A stretch of 63,217 nt of DNA, counting the filler, from Salisapilia sapeloensis CBS 127946 (lineage: Eukaryota; Protista; Oomycota): assembly GCA_023334545.1 (NCBI GenBank). It is 6 parts of 6 records of this genome, joined end to end, with 100 filler letters (N's around TTAATTAATTAA, not from the genome) between each part and the next. Parts side by side here need not be neighbours in the genome. Positions count along the whole stretch, not along the records: positions 1 to 30,442 come from JAADVB010000222.1; positions 30,543 to 36,192 come from JAADVB010000601.1; 4 more parts are not named here. The stretch is one strand, 5' to 3'. The position numbers and the translations under genes are program-made. The notes below the pieces were generated by a model. That model made no database searches, was not told the DNA's origin, and worked only from the letters and a program-made list of their open reading frames with translations. Positions 22,574-31,443 of the stretch are shown in pieces (positions within the stretch are counted from its first letter, which is position 1; the number at the start of each line of letters is the position of its first letter).

Positions 22574-23295
22574 CTAGCAGCATCCTTTCTTCACAGGTGG
22601 CGATCGAGCATTCAAATTGACATTCTCCCGCTTCTGTGGACCACCCTCTTCTTCCACTCGTGACTTGACTTCTCGTGCGACTTGGACAAAGCCACTTTCG
22701 ACGTTGACATTCGTCTTGGCACTCGTTTCGAAGAACTGGACACCGTACTCGTCGGCCAATGCCTGCCCTTCCTCCGTACTTACGACCTTGTCGTCCGTCA
22801 TATCACACTTGTTCCCGATCAAGATCTTGTTCACATGCACGTCTGCGTGCTGTTGGATCTGTCCGACCCAATTGCGAATGCTCTGGAAGGACGCACGGTC
22901 CGTCACGTCGTAGACGAGCAAGATGCCTTGAGCCCCACGAAAGTAGGACGTCGTAATCGTCCGGAATCGCTCTTGTCCGGCAGTATCCCATATCTACGTA
23001 TTCAGACACGAGTGAATTTATATGCATGAAGCAAAGGAACAAGCTTGACTACCTGTAGTTTCACTTTTTTACTATCGAGCTCAATGTTCTTGATCTTAAA
23101 ATCAATCCCAATCGTCGTAATGAACGTCGGTGAGAACGAGTCATTCGCATAACGTAGCAACAAGCATGTTTTGCCCACACCTAGATACCATTGCATCAAG
23201 ACAAGATCGTCCAAGAATCAAATACACCACGAACCGCTATCTCCAATCATCAGGAGCTTAATCTGCATATCGAACGGATTGTCCTGTCGAGACAT
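22574..23295 (-). CDS. RAB8: Rab8/Sec4/RabE-family small GTPase
   Basis: [57 protein letters not shown]-terminal CC prenylation motif; spliced. Confidence 0.96.
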
Positions 23296-23753
23296 ATTAT
23301 ATCGACTTGCTGTTGAAACCTCTTGCTAGACCACGACGTGAATAAACCAGCTCCTTTAAGTCAAGAAAAAGGCACCAGCTTTCAGCTCAGACGGACTTAC
23401 GTTAGCAAATACAACGTCCGACGATAGGTTCCAGTCGCCCAGGTGACGCAAGGGGAGGAAAGAGCTAGTGAAGAACAAGTCGCGAGTTGAAACTCACAGC
23501 AAAAGCGTCGACCAGCGCGTTCTCTCACTTCGATCGTCGCGTAGGCTAATTTTAGCCGGGCAAAAGCAGGGGCACTCTGTAGAAACACGAGCTCGTACGG
23601 CCGCACAACAACCTTTCAAGGTACGACGCGTCGATCTGCTGACAGGACCGACCTGCGAGGACTATGAACACGCGAGCATCCGGATGCAGCCGTATGTGCT
23701 TACTTACAGATTCCAACGCTAGCTTGTCTGTTTGCATTTAACAATTTACCGTC

Positions 23754-26104
23754 ATGGGCGCAATAGCAAAGGAACGAGCGGACAAGCCAGCGATCGAGGA
23801 ATTTCGACTTGGACCGGTCATCGGTCGAGGCAATTTCTCGCATATTGTCCAAGCGACGCATAGTATCACGGATGAAGTGTTTGCTTTGAAAGTCGTGGAG
23901 AAAGATCGAGTGAAACGCATGTGTGTCCGACATCCGAACATTTTGAATGAAATTCACATGGAAAAGCAAGTGCTAAATCGTCTACGGCATCCTAACATCA
24001 TTCGTCTCTATCAGACTTTCCAAGTATCTTGTGTTCTTTCATCATTTTCCTTCCAGATCGATATTTATATACGCCTTTAGGATGATGTGCGACTCTTCTT
24101 CTTACTCGAGTACTATGAAGGAGGCGAACTGTTGGATCAGTTGATAGACCAAGGCAGACAATTAGGTCTGCATGAAGACTTGGCCAAGTTCTATTTGGTC
24201 GACTTGGTCAATGCCATCGCGCACATGCATGCCAATGGCGTCGTCCATCGAGATCTAAAGCCAGAGAACGTCGTGCTCAGCAAAGAGGACGGTCACGCCC
24301 GTGTCATTGACTTTGGAACGGCGAAAGATCTCTTAGACACATCACACAACGGACCGAACTTTGTAGGTACACCAGAGTACATGCCTCCAGAGACAATCGA
24401 TAACCAACCGGCAACGGAAGCGACGGACTTGTGGGCACTTGGAAGTATCATCTACCAGCTCTTTACTGGCGAAACGCCATTTGCAGGTGGCAGTCCGTAT
24501 CTCACGTTCCTTAAAACACAGTCTGGATCGTACCATATTCCTCAATTCGTTCCATCGGAAGCAAAAGACTTGATTACAAAGCTATTGACACCAGATCCAA
24601 CGAAACGATTGACTATCTTTGATGTTAAGTGTACGTATCCTATATCTTCTAAAGGAATAGCTGTCTTATAAGATTCTATAGCACACGCCTTCTTCCATAA
24701 TGTCGACTTTGACAAGCACATGACACAGCCCAAACCGGACGTTCGATTTCCAAGTGACAAGATGCTCGTTGAGATAAAGAATTTAAAAGAGTTGGAGGAC
24801 AAACGGGAGGAGACAAAACCACTGACTACCTTTAATGACTCTGTACAAGAGTATATTACCAATCTGAATGAAACCGAACGAGAGAGGATGATGCATCTAC
24901 TTAATCGACAGCAGCTCTTGCATTTGCCAGGTACTACTCTCATCCATCTCTTCTAAGACAAGATATTTACAGTTATATAGGCATCTACCCTCGATTCTTC
25001 CCTTCTCCTAGCCAAGGACGCTGCCGATACGCAGCTCGCCGAGGCTACGTCGGCTACTCCCACGCACTCCAGAACGGATGGGAAGAATCTCCGTCCTTTA
25101 TGATCGTACACAGCCTCATAGACACTTTAAAGAAAGTTTTTCGTTTCTCATGCTCGATATAGGTACCTGGACCTTCCATGGGTCAACAGGATGAGTGGGA
25201 TGACCAAGTCGCTGCCTTTCGATGCAATGTACAAGTGATCAACGAGAAACGTCCTGCGTTTGTATTGATCACAGGTGACTTTTTCCATCCGTCGTCACCG
25301 GATGCAATCTCTAGTGACCAAATCAGTGCTTTGCAGACAATACTGAATGAGATCCAACCCGAGACCAAGCTGGTACGTATCATCTAGATCTGTATCTCGT
25401 GACTATTCTTGACAGTATGTGTAGGTCTTCATCCCAGGCTCCAACCTTATCGACAGTCCAGAAAGCAGTAGTGTAGAGACGTACGTGAACCACTTTGGAG
25501 ACGACTACTACAGCTTCTGGGTGGCTGGTGTCAAGTTCATCGTCTTGAATTCTTTCTTAATTCGGCATGAAGAAAAGATGCCTGAGCAGTCTAAACAGCA
25601 GCATGGTACGTCCAATCCTCCTTATCGGATGGCAATTAAACTGATGGATCGTTGTAGAATGGTTTCGAAAGGAAGTGGAGAATGGGGAACTGACGAGTCG
25701 AGCTACTGTCGTGTGCTCCTACCATTCACTCACCTCTTTATCTAACAACACATCCGAACTTCCATCAAACGTAAGATAACGAGCAAAAGTTACTATATCT
25801 CATCTCACGTGTACTTGAAACGTAGATTTCTACCAAGTACTTGGACGTCTGCTTACGTTCGAAAGTGTGTCTGATCATCTCTGGTGACGGAGATAATCAA
25901 GTCTCTTCACTACCACTCCAAGACGCTTGCACTGAAAAAGAATGTCAACTCGTTCGTTGCTCTACACTACAACAATTCCAAGTCTCAGGTCAACAAGTTG
26001 ATCTCGTCGAGTCAAATGTCAAAGCCGTAGAAAGCAACAAGGATATGCCAGAAGACAGTCTCCTCGCTCCTGAACTTGTCAATCTTCAGTTGAACGAAGC
26101 TTAA
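23754..26104 (+). CDS. PDK1-like AGC Ser/Thr kinase fused to a CPPED1-like metallophosphoesterase domain (multi-exon)
   Basis: Kinase: GRGNFS, ALKVVEK, HRDLKPEN, DFGTAK, FVGTPEYMPPE, DLWALG. C-terminal part: FVLITGDFFH, FGDDYYSFWVAGVKFIVLNS, YHSPLYL, LIISG, which follows the CPPED1 motif order. Confidence 0.85.
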
Positions 26105-26237
26105 AGCTCCATCCATCAAGAAACTTGATACACATGCATCGTACCATTAGATCACTACAGAAAAAGAAAAAGAAATTTAAAAAGAAAAGAAAATCAATTG
26201 GAAATCTCGATTGGTATTTCCATTCCAACACCAAGAA

Positions 26238-27221
26238 TTAGATCAAATTGGCTCGCTCGTCGTCCCATTCTTCATACGAATCACGCGTCATTTTCATCGA
26301 CACACGCTGGATCTGAGCCGCTTGACTCGCCTTCGCGTACTTGTCGCGGCAATGAGTATCATGACGCTTGCGTTGGAATGCCACCATCGCTAGCATGAGC
26401 GTCAGCAATCCAAAACCAGCGACGATACCAAGCAGTAGATCCTGTGGAAGATCGTCATTTCCACGCTCACTCGACACAGTCTTTGTTCCAGGCTTGTGCA
26501 GCAGTACATTTACGCCTTTCATACGGGCGTTACTGGCCGATTCGAATGTCGTTGCCACCTTCTCTTCCAATTCGCCCAGCAATTTCATGGCTTCCGTCGT
26601 TGTCACCGATTCCGAGATGATACCGACGACATCGAGTGTCATGCCACACTTGCTGCCTTCATCTTGCTGCAACTGTGGATCCAATACGATCTGTAGATTG
26701 CCAGTAGATAGCGTAGATGGTAGTATCGTGTCCATCAAATTCGCCGATGCAAGCGTCAGTGGTGCACATACACCCTGACTACTGGATAGCTTTAAGAGGT
26801 TGGAGCCTTCTGACTTGTCCGACGCAAGATCCACTGAGTAAAACTTGTCGCCAGTAGCTACCGCCGCGTAGGATAGAGCGATCGAGGCAATCCAGTCCTC
26901 TACAGAATGTCCCAAAGATCGAGATACCGACTCCTGTAGCTTCTCGAACTGAATGATCGAGGACGAGATACCAGGCATATCTCCGACGGCCTTCACCTGA
27001 AGAATACATTCATTCAGTTGAGCACTTGGCGCCGTCGTGACTTCAATCTGACCGGAGAATCCATCCGCTGTGGCTTGTTGCTGCACTTGGAGAGTCTGAG
27101 ATAGTGTGCCTGGTAGAGCAGAACAGTCTTGCTCTGCATTGTAGAGCAGCTGACCTTCAAAGGTGGCAGAAGCCGCCGAGATGAGGGAAAAGATCGCAGT
27201 CGCTGTAACTGCCCAAGTCAT
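26238..27221 (-). CDS. Type I membrane protein (signal peptide, duplicated ectodomain, TM, dileucine tail)
   Basis: Signal peptide MTWAVTATAIFSLISAASA, TM LLLGIVAGFGLLTLMLAMVAF followed by QRKRH, C-terminal ERANLI. Confidence 0.8.
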   Translation of the reverse strand: MTWAVTATAIFSLISAASATFEGQLLYNAEQDCSALPGTLSQTLQVQQQATADGFSGQIEVTTAPSAQLNECILQVKAVGDMPGISSSIIQFEKLQESVSRSLGHSVEDWIASIALSYAAVATGDKFYSVDLASDKSEGSNLLKLSSSQGVCAPLTLASANLMDTILPSTLSTGNLQIVLDPQLQQDEGSKCGMTLDVVGIISESVTTTEAMKLLGELEEKVATTFESASNARMKGVNVLLHKPGTKTVSSERGNDDLPQDLLLGIVAGFGLLTLMLAMVAFQRKRHDTHCRDKYAKASQAAQIQRVSMKMTRDSYEEWDDERANLI

Positions 27222-27539
27222 TGTAGACGATTGAGTAAAGTCAGGAATGGAGTCTGTGGGGATAGAGCAAACTAAAGAAGCTTGGTAGGAGCTTTATATC
27301 GAGGTAATACGAAAGTAAATCGATGCAAAAGGTGCTTCTTCCCTCGCTTCTCGCTTTTCTTTTGATGCTTCCGAATCAGCTACTTGAAGTTGGAGAAAAG
27401 ATATTTTACGCTTCATACAAAAGACAAGTATAAGGAATATAAATAGTGCAATAGTACAAACTAAATTAACACCAGAATTAATTAAATTGTTTATTATTCC
27501 CTTTTCTGAGATTGATTCCAGTTTCTTGATCGAATTTGC

Positions 27540-27869
27540 GATCATAGCTATTTCAAGTGGAGTCTCAAGATCAGAATAGGATATAATCTACACGAGTTTC
27601 AACTGATCAGGGCCACGCACTACCACCAGTATCTGGAACAGAATTATCTCGTAACTCGAAGCGACCGGTCGAAGTTCTTCTTGGAAAGATAAATACTGGC
27701 TGACTAGAGCGAGCTACCTATACATAACTTGGGCAATAGAGCAATTTCTGTTTGCTTGTATCTCTTTGACAGTCCCACCCATTGTAACAGATCCACTTTC
27801 CCACGAGGGTGAACCCTTAGGGATTCCAAAGGAGCACATAACTGAAATATACTTCGTTGTCACAAAAAA
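27540..27869 (+). mobile_element. 3' fragment of the L1/Tx1-like LINE family
   Basis: Translates TTTSIWNRIIS*LEATGRSSSWKDKYWLTRASYLYITWAIEQ, homologous to the ORF2 end at 52678-52980. It ends CCCTTAGGGATTCCAAAGG...TGTCACAAAAAA like the other copies. Confidence 0.85.
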
Positions 27870-28535
27870 TCAATCAATCAACTGATTACGTTTTTTCTTG
27901 AGAGAAATAAACGAAAGCATAAGCTTCAACAAAGATGCAGTTGATACTATAGTGCATGCAGTAACCACTTTGAAATATATCTTCGCAATTAACGCGTTAC
28001 GTACATGCAGGCTAGTGGACAAGCCATCGCAAAATAGCTCGATGTCGTATACGGGCTTCAAACGGAATCCCAGATCATCTTGGATTCCTCACTAGATGAT
28101 AAGCTAGAACGGGTATCTGCGAGGACCAAGGCATTGCTGGGGTGGTCATCACTAGCAAATTTCTATTGAACTGAAATCGAGCCAGAAAACACAAACCTTT
28201 AATGCGCCTTCGCGTTGCGTGTGCGATATGCATGTCACCATATACGAGTTCCTGACCGTCCAACACGACCTCTTCAGAGATGAAGCGGACATTGCGAGAC
28301 TGATCTCGAGTCGTCAACAAGTTGATAGCATAAAATAACTCTTGTATATTTATCTGCGGGTGTTAAGATCATAGTAGACGTACTTGCTTGCTCCTTAATC
28401 TACTCGTGAGTGTCTAGATTCCATCCTCTGGCCTTTCGCTTTCTAGCTTGAGGTGTGTTCCTACAAACTTCAAGTGGAGATACTTAAAAAGACGGATGGG
28501 TTTTTCAGCGAGCTCTCATGAGGCAAGGAAGGACA

Positions 28536-28941
28536 TGTAGAGCCTCTGGACCATCCCATTAGACACTTTGGAATGCGCTCTATCTATCCATGCCAAAATT
28601 CGAAATTCGAAAAATTTAAGGTTTTGGTGGTCGACTCGAGATCGCTACCTCGTTGTCCGCATGCTCCGGTGTTCGCTCGATCCGCGACTTTCGAGGTCAT
28701 ACAAGAAGCTAGTGAGTCCAGAATTCGCAATACTTTCCTTACAGTTAGCACTGTTGGTTTGAGTGACTAGCTTTTTAAATGCCTCAGAGCAGCCCAGCCG
28801 CCAACACAACATCCTCGAGCGCAAAACCCAAGACAGCGAGCTTGAGTCGACGACCATACTTGTTTTTCAAAATTCCAATTTTGGCACTTATGGAAAGAGC
28901 ATGCTCGAAAGTGTCTAGTGGGCCGGTCTAGAGTGTCTACA
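28536..28941. mobile_element. Degenerate foldback/MITE-like element with about 110-bp terminal inverted repeats
   Basis: The left arm (28536-28646: TGTAGAGCCTCTGGACCATCCCATTAGACACTTT..TGCCAAAATT..GTCGACTCGAGATCGCT) aligns to the reverse complement of the right arm (28835-28941). No clear target-site duplication. Confidence 0.7.
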
Positions 28942-29299
28942 AGTCGTTCCTTCGTCTCTAAAAGGGTCGAAGTATGTATACGACTGTTCAAGGTACATCG
29001 AGTAGTGGAAGCCTCGATCGCTGTCCGAGATTACCATGCGTGTGCAGTCACGGTCTCGAGATCATCGATAGTCCATAACTCTAGCAACGACGGAGACACG
29101 CAATATAAATTGATAGTTCCTAGATGACTACTAAAACGCGAATACAGGTCTGAATGACAACGCTGCACTTCTCCAAATATAATTTGGCTCGCTAAGTAGG
29201 ACTATGCAATACACATGTCGTAATGTATTTCACGAAGGTCGCATTCGTTCAGCGGATTATTTAGTATGATGAAAACAAACACGCAAGCACTATAGTAAA

Positions 29300-29725
29300 A
29301 ATCACTACCCAAGTCTTTTGCAGTACGTCCTACTCGTGCATCATTGTCAACTTTTACATTCATATACACATATGTCGTCCGTTCCTTTGTCATACTTTGG
29401 CGAGGAATAACGTCGAGTGTATCGTGATTTCTCGTCGAAAGTCCTTCGGGTTGAAGTTGAATTCGATTTACTTGCAACACTTAGCTCTTTGCCATTTTAC
29501 TGGGATAGAGTACAGTGCGAGTCGCAAATATCGCTTACTTATTCCGTCCACCACTGTACTACGCTTGTTCCGAAATAATAGCGAAGAGCTCAATAGCGCA
29601 AATAAAGTGAAGAGCTCACCAAGTCTTTCGCGCGCTTTTTCAAATGTGCACATTTAGAGCACCAGGCGTTGCTTGTAGTCTTCTCGGAGATGGTTTCCTC
29701 CTGATTGCGTGCAAGACGAAGACAT
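29300..29725 (-). repeat. Dispersed degenerate repeat, copy 1
   Basis: Reverse complement aligns with 42130-42505 and 52383-52650 (shared ATGTGCACATTTGAAAAAGCGCGC, GAGCTCTTCGCTATTATTTCGGAAC, CGATATTTG.GAC.CGCACTGTAC). Confidence 0.85.
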
Positions 29726-30442
29726 AAATGTACCAAAAAGAAGCAAGGCCGTGTTCGTTGAAAGTACAATGGAGGATTATGCGAGACAAATTGTGCAATA
29801 TAGGAGCGAGCCTGTGCGAACTGTGATCGGTATTATGCCTCTTGAATCGGCCTGATTGAAATCGACGGAGGTGGATAGTATCGAAGGGTGTATCTATGCA
29901 GGCCTAGTTCGGTCCAAGAACGTCATCTCTATGTTGCAGTTTTCACATAGATCGTGCTACAGCGAGCATGACAATGGAAATCTCACTTATAACAGAGGAC
30001 GGACATCGAGAGGCAAATTAGACCAAGAGTATGAAGCGACGTGTCCATTGGCACTACTGATCACTTGCCTTTGTACTCCTCGTTTCGCGGGAAAGTTACA
30101 TGAAAGTGCTTTGCTGGGTTTCCAATGGCAAGCGGCAAAGTAAACGTTGCAACTCTCAACGACTGCAGAGTTTGCCGATTTAATTATCATGAATAGACTG
30201 ACAAGAGACAAAAATGCAATGCTGGGGAATCGATATCAACGTGAACACGGCTTTAGTCGAAAGGATCAGACGAATAGATTTTAAAGATCACGGAAACCTG
30301 CTATCGGATAGTAGACAGTTGTAAACATGTTTCCATTTAGTAGCTTTGATGAACGCTTTGGCACAGTGGTGTTTGCATGGGAGGAACGAAGTGTCGCTCT
30401 GTATCTCGATTCAATCGCTTGGATGCTCAAACGACGCATAGA

Positions 30443-30542
30443 NNNNNNNNNNNNNNNNNNNNNNNNNNNNNNNNNNNNNNNNNNNNTTAATTAATTAANN
30501 NNNNNNNNNNNNNNNNNNNNNNNNNNNNNNNNNNNNNNNNNN
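30443..30542. other. Assembly gap with six-frame-stop linker
   Basis: N-run, TTAATTAATTAA, N-run; 100 nt in total. Confidence 0.99.
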
Positions 30543-31443
30543 GAAATACGAAAGTAAAGAGTTTATGAGAAGCGATCCTGCGCAGCAAATGTAGATTCAG
30601 CCACAGTTTAGGTACTTGGAAACTACACGAGAAGTACCTGGATGAAATGGAGATGATATCGCATTGGATGATCAATCGCGCTGCAGGTACGACATACCTG
30701 ACGTCAGCCCCCAATTCAGAAGCAGTAGACTTCCCGTAGCTTTCCAACTGGGTTGAAAGGAGCATCTTCTGTTAACCTTGGTAGCAATTGCTTCAAGTAC
30801 ATTCAAAATAAAAGCCTGCGCCCATACAAGCTTGCCAGCTCATCACCTCTGATTTGATGAATCAGTAGTGTAATGAAAGTTGCCAGGCACATCGAACCGC
30901 ACAAGCTAAAGACATATCTTCGAGTGATGAAGTGTTCCGTGCAAAAGTGAAGCGGTTTCATCGAAAAGTACCATATAGATGGAAGTGAGCTTGACTGCAT
31001 CGAGTTATAGCTAGTGTGCAAGGTGATGCGCTTGAAGTTACGGTGAAGAACAGAATACAAGAGCAGAGTGGAATCAGAAGAGGTCAGCTGCGGTCAATGA
31101 TAGAAGGATACGTAGGAGGCGGAAACCGTGCGCTGGGCACTCATGGCTGCATGCGGCTTTGCCATCCGTCGAGGCACGGAAGAGGATGAAGACATAAATG
31201 AAATCAAGCCCATGAAAATACCCGTTCATTTTGTGTCTTATACATTCCACGCTCCAAGCTTTCGATGAGCCTTAGCTCAAGCTTTAGTATAGGTCCTCTC
31301 GTAGCATCGTTCTCTTCGGTGACATAGTACTGACGTAGGTACACTCTGATTGCAAGGGCGGCTACTGAACACAGCACCATTTTCTATCTTGATTCCCAAG
31401 TCTTAAGAGACAGCAGGGTCAAGTCTTTGGAAGAGGAGTGACC

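Noticed and set aside
30543-31100. Possible decayed CRN-like effector fragment
   Set aside because: Only vague similarity; no LFLAK or HVLV motif seen.
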